NCBI GenBank assembly: GCA_026770705.1
Contig: JANJGN010000022.1
Location: 3,038,001-3,102,000, forward strand
Length of the DNA stretch: 64,000 nt
Reading direction: 5' to 3'
Source: Isurus oxyrinchus
Lineage: Eukaryota
Position numbers and translations under genes: made by a program. Positions 25,278 to 41,067 of this stretch are shown piece by piece. The first letter of the stretch is position 1, and every line of letters starts with the position of its first letter. The notes under the pieces were generated by a model, which was not told the DNA's origin, searched no databases, and worked only from the letters and a program-made list of their open reading frames with translations.

Positions 25278-26246
25278 ATGTTCCTAAACCCTATCTCCCT
25301 CCCACGGGCAATGTTCCTTTTAATCTTTTCTGTCCCTGTAAGGAATGAATTTTAACGTACCAATATCAAGGTGTAAACAAAAAGAAAAACTACCGTAGGT
25401 AAGGGTAAGACACAGGAAACACGAGTGCTGATATGGCTCCATGAACTGTCAGGAATGAATTTCAGCTGTTAATTCCATCTAATTAATGTCAGGCTTGGTT
25501 TTAATTTTCTGTCATGGGGAGTCTACCAGTTGTTTGGTTGTAGGTGAGATTGACAGTGGACCTCTGGTAAACCTCAGGTTGTGGGAGGCTGTATTAATTA
25601 AGTGCACAGCACTTGATGGACTGTTGCAAGGCTGCACAGGCACACAGTTTCACATGAACACTGCCCTTGGACTACCACCCAGCCATCAGGCTAATGTGAA
25701 CTAATCACTTCAGATTACTAAACCAGCAATGGGCTGAGCTGGGGGGGGAGGAGTAATGAGTCACCTGCTTCAAACTGTTGGTGTGTGGCCTGTTATTCAT
25801 GTGTAATGAAGCTCAAAGCTTGTGATGAGCCTTGGTTGAGTTGATTAGTCCCTCAAGGGTCTGTCACCCTGTAAACTGCCTGACACTGAAGAGTAACTCT
25901 TTTAGAGTTAAAACAATTATGAAATAGTAACAAAATGAAGGACAAATCAAGCACAGCCCCTAATTCAGGTCAGCTGTAAAACTAAGGACAAAGTTTAAAG
26001 GAAATTTACAAACCTTAAACCAAAATGTGATCAAAGGGGTCAATAAAACACCCCAGTCCCCGCGGTGCCCACCGAGCACGGAAGACCTGGAGAGTGCCGG
26101 CAGACACTGTGTTAAGAGTAGCCGAACATGGTGGGGGAAGACTGTGAATCAGGTTTAATCACTTTGAAGGCGTGTGTCTAACCATTAGAACCACCCCTAT
26201 TGCCCCTATTCACTGCTAATAAAGTTTATTCCTACAGCTGGGTTTA

Positions 26247-26495
<249 letters not shown>

Positions 26496-26575
26496 TCAGA
26501 CAGTCACAGCCTTTGGGATCTGTGCTGTCCTGAGTGTATCTTGTGTGATCTGAAAATGATGCTCAGTGATTGTGC

Positions 26576-26594
26576 GACTACCATCTGGTGGCCA
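26576..26594 (-). promoter_or_regulatory. Candidate CTCF site TGGCCACCAGATGGTAGTC
   Basis: Close visual match to the CTCF core consensus; no binding data. Confidence 0.35.
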
Positions 26595-26784
26595 GAATCA
26601 GTACTACATGCACCAGGAGGCTGGATCAGTGTGAAGCTGAGGCTGTTGCTCTCAGGATAAATTCAGGTCCCAGCAACCATGAACTCCCCACTTCCACCTG
26701 TTGGTGATGGGAGAGATGGTGTTCTTCTAGATCTAATGTACACATTCCAAATTAAAAGGTCTTCATTTTTTGCTTTGGCTTTTG

Positions 26785-27000
26785 GAGGGTCAGTACTGAG
26801 GGAGTGCTGCACTGTCAGAGGGGCAGTACTGAGGGAGTGCTGCACTGTCAGAGGGTCAGTACGGAGGGAGCGCCGCACTGTCAGAGGGTCAGTACGGAGG
26901 GAGCACCGCACTGTCGGAGGGGCAGTACTGAGGGAGTGCCACACTGTCAGAGGGTCAGTACGGAGGGAGCGCCGCACTGTCGGAGGGGCGGTACTGTGCA
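26785..27000 (+). repeat. 33-bp tandem repeat (CAGTACTGAGGGAGTGCTGCACTGTCAGAGGG-like), ~6 copies, apparently SINE-derived
   Basis: Visible units; one related unit lies inside the SINE at about 7450-7485. Confidence 0.85.
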
Positions 27001-27190
27001 GTCTTTTATGAGATGTTAACCAGAATCCCTGACTGCCAATTCTGGTGGATATCACAGTAATTTTGGAAGAAGTTCTCCTGATGTCCTAGCCATCATTCTT
27101 AAAGATTGGTCATTCTGTTTGTGGGAGCTTGTTGTGCACAGAATAGGCAAACACAGCAGCAGTGATGTAGCAAGTACCAACACTAGACTA

Positions 27191-27406
<216 letters not shown>

Positions 27407-29037
27407 CTATATCACACACAGTTAACAGCACAGGTGCAAGTAGTGAGTGTGCACAGTTCCAACCTGCTACCTTCACCTTGTTCCATTACCAGTCATACAG
27501 CAAGTAGTCCTCCCACGCTCTAACCAACATCACCAGATATCTGGTCTTGCCCACACTCTGTATCAACTTAACTGCCCTCAAAACCTTTATCCCTGTTGCC
27601 CTATTCTGGCCCATCAGCTAACAGACCTTTCCCCCTCGGATCAATTCTCTTTTTTACCACTTCCCTTTCAAGGATCTTGCAACACAGCTCTTTGAAAGAT
27701 CTATTCAATTAGTCCCAAACCTGCATGGGCCCAGAAAATTTTCCTTAAAATATTTATCCAATTCCCTTTTGAAGGTTCAAATCTGTTTCTTTTTAAAAAT
27801 CACCTTTCAGGCAGTGCATCCACATCATCATAACTCACCCATTGTTTCCCCTACCTGTTTAAAAAAAAAATTCTCAGTTAGGAGTCAACCACATTGCTGT
27901 GGGTCATCAGTCACATACATGTAGGCCAGACTAGGTAAAGGTGGCAGATTTCTTTCCCTAAAGGGCATTAGTGAACCATATAGGTCTTCACAACAATCGA
28001 TATTTTCACTAGCACTTTTATATTCCAGATTTATTAATTGAATTTAAATTCCAACAGCTGCTGGGGTGGGATTTAGACCCATGTCTCTAGAGCATTAGCC
28101 TGGGCCTCTGGATTACTAGTTTAGTGATATTACCACTATGTTACCATCTCCCCCTTGTACCTGATAGCTGTGCCCTCTAGTTCCTGACTGCATTGGATGG
28201 ATAGGTGCAGCAATAGGTCACCACGGCCCATCAATACCACATCTTCCTCTTTGCCCATCCTCCCCCAATGCAAATTCCAATTTCTCCTGAGGGATTTCGG
28301 AATGTGGGACAGAAATGGCCACATTTCAATATTGAATCCCTTTGGCATTTTAAACACCTCAATAAAATATTCACCTTCCAAACTCAAGTTTTTTTTTATT
28401 CGTTCATGGGATGTGGGTGCTGGTGGCTAGGCCAACATTTATTGCCCAATCCTAATTGTCCTTGTTCAGAGGGTAGTTAAGAGTCAACCACATTGCTGTG
28501 GGTCTGGAGTCACACTTAGGCCAGACCAGGTAAGGACAGCAGATTTCCTTCCCTAAAGGGCATTAGTGAACTAGATGGGTTTTTAATGACAATCAGCAAT
28601 GGTTTCAGGGTCATCAGACTTTTAATGCCAGATTTTTATTGAATTCGAATTTCACCATCTCTCGGGTACCCAGAACATTACCCTGGGTCTCTGGAATACT
28701 TGTCTGATGACAATACCACTATGTCACTGCCTCCCCCAATACAAACCAATAGATGTATTTAAGCAGTCACTGGATAAATAGACAGGAGGTAAAGGAATGG
28801 AAGGATGTGTTGATAGGGTGAGAATAAGGATAGGATGAAAGCTTTAAGGACTGTGATTTACTGTGAATTCTGTAATTCCCTGAGATCTTGAGTCTAGATC
28901 CACAGCAATGTGGTTGACTCTTAACTGCCGAGAACAAGGGTAATTAGGGATGGCAATAAATGTTGGCACAGCCAGTGATGCCCACATCCCATGAACGAAT
29001 TAAAAAACTTGAGTTTGGCATGGTTTCTTGCATCCAC

Positions 29038-29184
29038 CTTTTCTCCACCATGCACGTTCAGATGGAGGTCCTTCAGCACCAAGTCCAACCCCTCTCGATA
29101 CCGCACGCTGTATCCATTGAATTCCACGTTCCCTTCCTCCGGCCAGGACTCAGGAGGGCGGTTACTCTCAATCACCCATGGCGC
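29038..29184 (-). CDS. ABCC3: ABCC3 exon 27 (APWVIESNRPPESWPEEGNVEF...VHGGEK)
   Basis: 147 nt, tacag|...AAG|gtggat. Confidence 0.93.
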
Positions 29185-29499
29185 CTGTAATTAGACGAAG
29201 GATCAGGGTCTTTAAGGTGAACAGTATCTACATTCGGCCCCAGTCACATTTCCTGTTTAGTCCATGATGAGTTGATGGGGGAAGGAGAGGTTAATGCATT
29301 AAACCGTGAATCAGGAATCCAGTCTACACCTCATTATCCCCAAAGCTGCCTGGTCCAGTTCTCCTCCGAACTATACAGAGAATTTTGAAGTTTTCTGACA
29401 AGAATCTTGAATACTGCTCTCCAGTACAGAACGGAATCTCTCATCACCACTTCGGTCAAAATATGGGAAAAAGATAAAACTGAATTCGAGAGGTGAGTG

Positions 29500-30426
<927 letters not shown>

Positions 30427-30439
30427 TCAATACAAGCTT

Positions 30440-30945
30440 CGTGACTATAGGAAGGATGTGATTGATCTGGAGGGGGTGCAGAGGACATTCACCAGGATGT
30501 TGCCTGGGATGAAACATTTAAGTTATGACGAGAGGTTGGATAGACTTGGGTTGTTTTCACTGGAGCAGAGAAGACTGAGGTGTACAAGATTATGAGGGGC
30601 GTGGATAGGGAGCAGCTGTTCCCCTTAGTTCAAGGGTCAGTCACAAGGGGCATAAGTTCAAGGTGAGGGGCAGTAGGTTTAGGGGGGATGTGAGGAAAAA
30701 CTTTTTTACCCAGAGGGTGGTGACGGTCTGGAATGCACTGCCTGGGAGGGTGGTGGAGGCGGGTTGCCTCACATCCTTTAAAAAGTACCTGGATGAGCGC
30801 TTGGCACCTCATAACATTCAAGGCTATGGGCCAAGTGCTGGTAAATGGAATTAGGAAATAGGTCAGGTGTTTCTCACGTGTCAGTGCAGACTCGATGGGC
30901 CGAAGGGCCTCTTCTGGACTGTGAGATTCTGCGATTCTGATTCTG
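30440..30945 (+). mobile_element. CR1 LINE 3' end with ATTCT-type tail
   Basis: YRKDVIDLEGVQRTFTRMLPG and FFTQRVVTVWNALP; tail gattctgcgattctgattct. Confidence 0.85.
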
Positions 30946-32122
30946 TGACTCAGCAGTTCCTGGTGGAAAACAGCATATCTCAACTGCTCCCTGAACTCAA
31001 CCGAGTTAAAAGCCAGCTCATAACCGTGTGTGGGTGGAATGCTCTTGTTGCATAATTGTCGGATACGCTGATTGGTACAGTAATGAGTTGTACAGACTAT
31101 GGAGGTGTCAGCTTTCATCTGAGGTCTGGGCAGATTCGCTGATGATTTAGAAGGTTTCAGGAAGTCGAAGGGAACAAAGTAGATAGAAATTATTGTAAAA
31201 TCAAAATACCACGGATGCTGGAAATCTGAAATATAAGCAGAAAATACTGGAAATACTCAGCAGGTCTGGCAGCATCTGTAGAGAGAGAGAAAAACAGTAG
31301 ATGTTTCTTTAGGTTAACCTTCTAATGAAAGGTCATTGACTTAAAACAAGAAACTATTTCCGCTGGTTTAGGAAGACTAGGACTAGGGGGCAGTGTCTAA
31401 AAATTAGAACCAGCCCTTTCAGGAGTGAGATTAGGAAACACTTCTACACACAAAGGGTGGGGGAAGTTTGGAACTCTCTTCCACAAATAGCAATTGATAC
31501 TGGATCAATGTTCATTTTCAATCTGAGATTGATATATTTTGGGTAACTAAAGCTGTTAAGGAACACGAGGCAAAGCAGGTATATGGACTTCAGTCACAAA
31601 TCAGCCACAGCTTTATTGAATGGCTCAAAAGGCTAAATACACCTTCCCATTTCTATACTCTCTCTTGAATTGTGCTGTGGGATCTCTTACATACAACTGA
31701 GAGTAAAGACCAGGCCTCGGTTCAACATCTCAGCTGAAAGGCCACACCTCAGAAAAATTCCTCTAGAAGAGCAGGGGAGGTCTCCTTGGTGTCCCTCAAC
31801 CAACATCACTAAAACAGAAACAGAATTACCTGGAAAAACTCAGCAGGTCTGGCAGCATCGGCGGAGAAGAAAAGAGTTGACGTTTCGAGTCCTCATGACC
31901 CTTCGACAGAACTGTTGATTTGGATTTCCAGCATCCGCAGTTTTTTGTTTTTATCACTAAAACAGACTATCTGGCCTTATCACATTGCGGCTGTGGGATC
32001 TTACTGTGCACAATCTGGCTGCTGCATTCCCTACATTACAATTATAACTACATTTCAAAAATATTTATCTAAAATACTTAATTGGTTCTGAGGTTGTGAA
32101 AGTCAACTTCCTAAACTGTTTA

Positions 32123-32323
<201 letters not shown>

Positions 32324-33153
32324 TCAGAGTTGGAGCAGAGCCTGTACTGATTCCCCCTCTTCCCACTCCGCCCCACTACCTAAACCTGCCCCCTAACTAC
32401 CGAGACCCAACCTAACCCTCCCCCCACTGTACAAAGCGTTGGAGTTCATTTTGAGAAGGATAGAATTGACAAGGTGTTACGTTAAACTTGTATCGCACCT
32501 TGGATAGACCACACTTGGAATTCTGTGAACAAGTCTGGTTTTCATGTTATGACAAAGACGTGGGTGCTGGAGAAGGTTCAAAACAGATTCAGTAGGATGA
32601 TACCAGAACTGAGAGGTTTTACCGATCAGCTGAACAAGCTGGGGCTCTAAGGGTTAAGCAAGGGAATCAAAGACTATTGGGGTTAGATAGGAATGTGGAA
32701 ATCAAAACACAAGATTGGCCATGATCTTACTGAATAGCAGAGCAGGCTCGAGGGGCCGAATGGTCTATTCCTGTTCCTATTTCTTATGGTAGAGAAGATG
32801 TTTCCATTTGTGGGGAAGACTGTAACTAGGGATCATCAATATAAGACAGTCACTAATAAATCTAATTGGGAATTCAGGAGAAACTCCTTTACCCAGAGAG
32901 AGTGGGGAGAATGTAGAACTCACTACTATAGGAGTAGTTGAGGTGAATAATATGGATACATTTAAAGGGGAAGCTGGATTAACACAAGGGAGAAAGGAAT
33001 AAAAGGATATGCTGATAGGAAGAGATGAGGTTGGGGTGGGAGGAGGTTCCTATGGAGCATAAACACCAGCATCAACTTCATGGGCCAAATGGCCTGTTCC
33101 TGTGCAACAGGAGGATCAGGAAACCTTTACGATGTTCTTTAGTCTGTCTCTCA

Positions 33154-33432
<279 letters not shown>

Positions 33433-35494
33433 TCAAAATCATTGGTAACAATGCACCAGACAGTCTGACAAAAACAGCACAGTGACCAACAGGAGCACTG
33501 GTTACAGCAAAGACAGAGGGTCAGAGCAAAGGGTGTGTTACAGTCAGGGTGACCTTCAGCAGCCCCTCCAATGTCGGGAATTCCCCCCCCCCCCCCCCCC
33601 CCCCACGGGCTATCAGAACAGCAGTGACAGTACCTGGCGGAGGGTGCGCAGGGCAGCAGGAGGATACTGTGTGTAGGGAAGATCAGCCCAGGCCAATTCT
33701 GTGGACAGAAAAAAAAGACAGACACACACACACATACAAACTGCCAGGAGTCACTGGAAGCTGATCGGTAGCAGGATTCCTGGTCGATTTCTCCCCACAC
33801 CCATTCCAATTGTTGCCCATCTGGTTCACAAAACTGAAGTAAAGCAGCACAGCTGGAGAAGCTAGGCTCGGGGAGAGGACCATTCCGACTGGAAGCAAGA
33901 AGCCCAGAAAAGCCTGACGTTGCCAGATTAGACAGCACTTATCTGTGAGAGGCTCTCATGGACAGACTACCTTCCAAAGGGGCACCAGTGAGAAATTCCT
34001 CTCTAACTTCTGAAGCTAATCACCGAATGAGAGTTCCTGGACTCTGCTTGCTCTGGTATTGCAGGATTTCCCCACATGGCCAGAACAACAGCTTCCCTCC
34101 TATAGTCACAATGTAGAGAGCAGTCAGTCAAACTTACAACTTGAATTTATATAACACAAACACAACAATACCTGGAAAAACTCAGCAGGTCTGGCAGCAT
34201 TTGTGGAAGGGAGCACAGTTCTGTTGAAGAGTCATGCGGACTCCCTTCCACAGATGCTGCCAGTTTTTCCAGGTATTTTTGTTTTCGATTTCCAGCATCT
34301 GCAGTTTTTTGCTTTTATCATTGAATTTATACCGTGCCTTTAATGTAGGATAATGTTCCAAATAATCTGACAGGTACAATTACCAATTAGACTAGCAAGA
34401 AAAGGAGATAATGGGACAGGTGATCAAAAGCTTGATCAGGCCCAGGTTATAAGGAGTATCTTGAAGAAGAATTGATGGCATTGTCCATCAATGGTGGAGC
34501 AAATAAAATTGGTGATGCACAAGAGGCCAGAATTAGCAGAGTGCAGGTTTCTCAAGAACTGTGAGGCTGGAGGAGATTAGAGAGATAGGAAGGGGCAGGC
34601 CGTGGTTGGGGGGGGGATTTGAAAACAAGGATGAGAATTTTAAAGTGTTGTCAGGCCGGGAGCCAATGTAGGGCAGTGAGCACAGGGGGCATAGGGAATG
34701 GGACTGGTTCGAGTCTTGGTACAGAGTTTTAGATGACCTCAAGTTTACAGAATGTGGGAGATCAGCCAGGAGTGTGTTGAAATAGACGGATAAAGAAGTA
34801 ATAAAGGCACGAATGAGAGTTTCGGCAGTGAATAAGCCGAGGCAAGAGCAAATACATCCAATGTTACAAAGATGGAAATGAGCAGTCTTAGTGATGGTGC
34901 AGATGTGTGGTTGGAAACAACTTGGATCAGCAAGGGCATGAAGGGGCTGAATGGCCTCCTGTGATGTAACCATTCTATGATGTATGAAATATGGCACCAA
35001 AGTTTTTGCACACTATTCTGGGGAGGCACACCAGATGAGTGTAGGACATAGCAGAGTGAGGTTCCCTGTCTGTGTAACCACTGCCTCAGTTACTCCTCCA
35101 ATACACAGCCTACGCCACTCCCAGACACTCATCCGGAAAGGGCAGATTTTAAATCTTCTCAGTCAGGGATTTGGGGCCACTGAGTCTGCGCAGAGGTGAA
35201 TGCAAGATCGGAGAGACTCGCCCTCCCCAAGAACAGGGTTCGGATAGAGCCCGGGTATAATTAACTGTGATAGTGGGGGAGGTGAACACACACCATCTGG
35301 GGTTAATCTGGAAACTGTAGAGAGGTGGTGGGGAGTGAGCTGGAAACAGTGACCCTCTCTCATCATACACAATGCAAGATACTGTAGCAGCTTGACCTCC
35401 CTTAAAGCCACAGTTTACTTAAAACAGCTGAATTAGCCAAGTTCTCTTCGTGAGATTCCCAAATTCCACCAGCTAAGAACTCAGTCCTATTTAC

Positions 35495-35808
35495 CTGAAC
35501 CAGCCAATAGAAGAACAGCAAAGGGACAGTCACGAGGAGGAAGGCTGGACTCAATGAACAGCAAATGAGCAGGACTGTCAGTGTGTAAAAGCAGCAGCGA
35601 ATCCAAATGTCAAGTTCCTCTGGAATGCTGACATCAATCGTATCCATATCTTTACCAAAGCGATTCAGTATCCTCCCAGTGGGAGTCAATTCGAAGAAGG
35701 ACAGAGAACAACAGAGGATATGCTCAAGCATATTGAGGTGTATCAAACTTGAGGCCCTGAGCATACAGTATGCTCGGCTCAGACAGCAGGCCAATAACAT
35801 GAAGAGCC
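35495..35808 (-). CDS. ABCC3: ABCC3 exon 23 paralogue C (GLFMLLACCLSRAYC...FFELTPTGRILNRFGKDMDTIDVSIPEELDIWIRCC...FFYWLVQ)
   Basis: Pyrimidine tract, gcacag|GG acceptor, CAG|gtaaat donor; 314 nt, phase 1 to 0, no stop. Confidence 0.85.
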
Positions 35809-37062
35809 CTGTGCGAGGAGAAGAGGGAGAACAATGAAAGGATACAGAAAACACAAAGGGCACACATGTATCAGGGAGACAGAAAAAAAAAGCAAGGAAG
35901 ACTTGCATTTACATAGCGATTTTTGCAAACACAATGTCTCAAAACACTTCACAGCCAATGAAGTACTTTTTGAAATGTAGCCACTTGTAATGTAGGAACT
36001 GCAGCAGTTAATATGCACACAGCAAGCTCCCACTAAACAGCAATGTGATAATGATCAGATAATCAATTTGATTTTGAGATTTTGATTGGCAGAGTTGGTC
36101 CCAGGCTAGGGACTGAACAGCAAGTGTGAGCACACAGGTAAAGATTCAGGTGTGGAAATGGGATAATCCCATAACCCCCAATCACTCACTCCCCAACAAC
36201 ACTACCAAGACCAGCCAAGCAACAGGAACCCAACTGTTAAAGGGCCTGGGGGCTGCTCAGCCCTTACTGTTAAAACCTTGCTCCCTTCTCAGCAAGCATT
36301 CTGGAAAATACATTCCCCTTTCAGATACAGTGGGTTGATGGTGGCGAAGCGATTGGGAGAAGTGGAGAATAACTGTGTTTATAGGGTATAGGCAAGAGAG
36401 AAAAATGAATAGAGGGAGAAGGGGAGAGAGTGAGATGGAGTGAGACACGGCGATTGAGACAGAAAAAGCTTGAGCAAGGGACTTGCTTAATCCAGTTCCC
36501 CGCTAATCCTGTGTGAAACTAATTATCACTGCTGGTTTCAGTTTCCTGCAACTAGTGGTTTTGTTTCTCTAACCCACCCACACATTCACTCACCTCCAGC
36601 CTCACTGTCCTCATGAGATGAGGTTTACTCACAGTCAGGTGCCTTGTGGGTGGGTGGGGAGAAACTAACAGGGCCAGTTACTGGCACCATGTCAGACACT
36701 GGCACCAGGTCCAAAGTGCAGAGATTAACAACTTGAAAGAAAAATTAAAATGAAATTTAACAAGTGGAGCTGTGCTGACAACTGTTCAAAATAAACACAG
36801 AACTTATTTTCACTCTGAGCCTGGGATTTATTCTCTCTTCTGAAACTGATGTCTTGTGTTGGGCTCTAGTTCCATGCTGCTCTCTCTCTCACTTCAGCCC
36901 AGTATCCATTCCAAATGTTTGAGTCACCAATCCAAACTCAGCACAGGCTAGGGATGAGGTCTGGGCCTATGCTAAATTCTGTGTGTTGCAGTTACTGGAT
37001 TAACCAGCAGAGAAACTACTTCTAATGGGCAGGGTCCATTTCTCAGGAGACACCCCTAATAC

Positions 37063-37376
37063 CTGAAGGGAAAAGTACAGGCAAGCGATTGGAACAGAGG
37101 GCAGAAGACAGAGCGGAATGGAGTAAGCCAGCACCAGCACAGTGGATAAGACGTCAAAGAAGCACAGCAGCAGGTCCTCCACACACGCTGGGATCCGATC
37201 ATCAATCGTCTCCATGTCCTGTGAGAAACGGTTCAGAATTCGTCCAACTGGCGTCAGCTCAAAATAATGTGCAGGACAGCGGAGAGTTTGGTTAAGCAGG
37301 CGATCATGCAGGAGACAGGAGGCACGAATACAGCAGATTGCAAACAGCAGTTGGGACTCGGTGTAGGACAGGAAGC
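37063..37376 (-). CDS. ABCC3: ABCC3 exon 23 paralogue B (GFLSYTESQLLFAICC...YFELTPVGRILNRFSQDMETIDDRIPACVEDLLLCFF...CLYFSLQ)
   Basis: tttttgtccaacag|GC acceptor, CAG|gtatta donor; 314 nt, phase 1 to 0, no stop. Confidence 0.85.
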
Positions 37377-37494
37377 CTGTTGGACAAAAACCAGGTGTTA
37401 CTGCCCTGATGTATCACCGCAGGCTTTGAACAAGCACCAAACAAACCCAGTGTTCTCTCCTCCTAAGGGCTCAACTCTTATTTAGATGCAACTG

Positions 37495-38055
37495 GTAGAG
37501 AGAACTTTACTCTGTATCTAATCCCGTACTGTACCCGTCCTGGGAGTGTTTGATGGGGACAGTGTAGAGGGAGCTTTACTCTGTATCTAACCCCGTGCTG
37601 TACCTGTCCTGGGAGTGTTTGATGGGGACAGTGTAGAGGGAGCTTTACTCTGTATCTAACACCGTGCTGTACCTGTCCTGGGAGTGTTTGATGGGGACGG
37701 TGTAGAGGGAGCTTTACTCTGTATCTAACCCCGTGCTGTACCTGTCCTGGGAGTGTTTGATGGGGACGGTGTAGAGGGAGCTTTACTCTGTATCTAACCC
37801 TGTGCTGTACCTGTCCTGGGAGTGTTTGATGGGGACAGTGTAGAGGGAGCTTTACTCTGTATCTAACCCTGTGCTGTACCTGTCCTGGGAGTGTTTGATG
37901 GGGACGGTGTAGAGGGAGCTTTACTCTGTATCTAACCCTGTGCTGTACCTGTCCTGGGAGTGTTTGATGGGGACAGTGTAGAGGGAGCTTTACTCTGTAC
38001 CTAACCCTGTGCTGTACCTGTCCTGGGAGTATTTGATGGGGACAGTGTAGAGAGA
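37495..38055 (+). repeat. 69-bp tandem repeat (CTGTATCTAACCCCGTGCTGTACCTGTCCTGGGAGTGTTTGATGGGGACAGTGTAGAGGGAGCTTTACT), ~8 copies
   Basis: Directly visible. Confidence 0.95.
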
Positions 38056-41000
38056 ATTTTTTTTTAAAAATTCAGACTAGAGAAACAACAGTATAGGAGG
38101 CCATTCAACCCACCGGACCTGCAACAATTCTACCTCTTAAAGAAGTATCTATTTGAGTCCCATTTCCATATTCTTCTTTCTCAGGTCCTTATCAAACTCC
38201 CTTTTAAATAATTACATAGGATACACTGCCCAGAAGCAGTCCATTCAGCCCAACTAGTCTATGCTGATGTTTCTGCTCCACTTAATCCTCCTGCCATCTT
38301 TCCTCATCTAAATTTACCACCGTAAACCCTCTGTTTCCTTCGCCCTCAAATGCTTGTCTATCTTCCCCTTAAATGTATCTACACCATTTGCTTCAACCAC
38401 TCACTGTGGGAGTGAGTTCCACATTCTCACTACTCTCTGGGTAAAGAAGTTTCTCCTGAATTGCCTATTGGATCTCTTGGTGACTATCTTATATCAATGA
38501 CCTCTAGTTCTGCTCTTTCCCACAAGAAAAAACATTCTCTGTCTATCTACTCTGTCAAAACTTTCATAATTTTAAAGATCAGGTCAGCCCTCAGCCTTCT
38601 TCAAGAGAGGAGACAGCCTCTCAATCCTTTCCTGATATGTCTGGTATCATCTTAGTAAATCTTCTCTGCACCCTCTCCAGTGCCTCTAATACCCTATAAT
38701 ATGGTGACCAGAGCTGCACATGACAACTTCAGTGTCGCTGGGTCAAAATCCTGGAACTCCCTCCCTAACAGCACTGTGGGTGTACCGACACCACATGGAC
38801 TGCAGTGGTTCAAGAAGGCAGCTCACCACCCACCTTCTCAAGGGCAATTAGGGCTGGCAATAAATGCTGGCCCAGCCAGCGACACCCACATCCCATGAAG
38901 TTCTCCAAGTGCTGTCTAACCAAGGTTTGTTACAGGATTAGAATATCTTCCCTACTTTTCAATTCTGTGATCAAATCTGATCATTATCACTTTAATGCAG
39001 AAGAACATAATCTAAACTAAAAATGACTACTGTTCATGAAGAGGCTGTTTATGAATAAGCTGTTTTACAACCGATTAACACTACAAGTCCATCTGAATAT
39101 CTCATGAGAGTGAACATAAATTTAAGTTGTGCCTTTCCAACTTTTGATGTTCCAGTCTCTGCCTCAGTTGCTCCTTGTGGTAAAATTCTCTTTGTTCTGA
39201 TAAACCTTCCGAGTGAAAACATTTCTTCTAATGTTTCCTTCCTAGTGTCTCTCAGTGATAAAATCTTCAGTCTGTGGCCCCTGTAAGAGACCACATGACC
39301 TCAAATGCTCGTCTATCTTCCCCTTAAATGTAAGGAATGACCTCTTACTATTTACCCTCTCAAAACCTTTCAACAGTTTGAATACCTGCATTAGATGGGG
39401 TACGGGTTACTATGGTTCTGTTACTGGATTTGTAATCCAGAGAACATGAGTTCAAATCCCAGCATAGCAGTTAAAATAAAATCTAAAAAAAAGGCTAGTC
39501 TCAGTGACCACGAAGCTGTCAGATCATAAAAACCCAACTGGCTCATGAATGTCCTTTCGGGAAATAAACCTGTCATTCTTAGCCAGTCTCGGCCTATACA
39601 GGGATTCCAATCACATACCAACATGGTTGACTCTGAGCTGCCCTAACAAGCCACTCAGTTTCTATCGAAACCACCACCAGTGGTTTAAGAAGGTGGCTCA
39701 TCATCATCTCAGGGCAATAAAAGCTTGCCTTGCCTGTGACACTCACATCCAGAGAGCGAAATTTAAAAAGATTCTCCTTCACCTTCTCTGTTCTGCTATA
39801 CAAGTCCCAATTTTGAGTCTTTCCAATCACTAAGTTCTCTGAATTCTTTCCATTCCTCTAATATTAGGTTAGGCACCAACACGAGAACTTCCATTGTGCA
39901 TTCTTGGATCTGATTTCCAATTGGAGTAGAGGCAACTGTCTAACCTGACCCACTAGACCGGACTGGGTCGGTCCATCATTTACATCCCAACTATCTCCCA
40001 CAGGTCAGGTTACATTAGAAGTAGGAGTAGGCCCCCGAAGCTTGCTCCGCCATTCAATAAGATTATGGCTGATCTTCTTTTATAACTCCACTGTCCTATT
40101 TGATCTTCGTATCCCTCAATTCCCTCAGAATCCAAAAATCTATCAATCTCTACCTTGAATATATCCAGAGGCTGAGCATCCACAGCTCTCTGGGATAGAG
40201 AATTCCAAAGGTTCACAATCCTGTGAGCGAAGGAATTTCTTCTCATCTCAGTCTGAAATGGCAGATCTCCTATCCAGAGACTATGACCCCATGTTCTAGA
40301 CTCCAGCCAAGAAATAATCTCGTAGCATCGACCCTGTCAAACCCTCTCAGAATCTATTTCAATAAGATCACCTCTCATAGGGTGATTACCCCAGAGTGTT
40401 TGTGATGTCCATGCTCAGATGTGGGAGCCATTCCTTCACCTCCCATTTGAAACAGGAAGGATTGAAAGGCTTCCTCTACACCAATCCACTCACCAACTCT
40501 GCCTTACTTACAGGTGTCTCCCCCTGGTTTGGGATGGGGGGTGGTGGGGGGGTGGGGGTGGTGGGGGAGGTGTTTCTTCTCTGATTTTCTTCCATCAGGG
40601 CTCATTCCCCTCTCGATTTAAAAGCTCTCTGCATCACGATGTGACAGAGGCTGGAGACCTCACAGCTTATAAACCCAGAATGTCATCTGCAGACCAAATT
40701 CTTTTCAGATATCTGAGTGCAAAGGAGGCTGGTATTCTTTCACAAAACAGACCCCAATTTAACTCACCATCAGCAAACCTTTTATGTTTGGTTAAGTAAC
40801 TTGAACATTTACACATCCAGCATTGCTAAAATCTCCCAAATTCCCTGCAATTTTTTTTTTACCAATTCCCTGAATGCTCGAATACTGTTATGAAGCATTT
40901 AACCAGGGTGAAAGCTCCAAAAACCCCTGGCTCTGCCTGACAGGGACAAATGCAGTTCCCACCTGTCAGAACGTAAAGGGTTTGCTGCATAACAAATTAT

Positions 41001-41067
41001 TTCACAAAACATTTACCCAACTGAGGTGATTTTAAACAATCACCCATCCAGGAGCCATCAACATTGT

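Noticed and set aside
35495-37376. Exons B and C as an assembly duplication or remnants of a second ABCC gene
   Set aside because: Too divergent from each other and from A to be allelic; flanking introns are unrelated; no neighbouring exons are duplicated; frames and splice sites are intact.
39049-39294. 81-aa ORF within the exon-23 cluster
   Set aside because: No TP.GR..NRF motif, no convincing splice sites, no recognisable homology.
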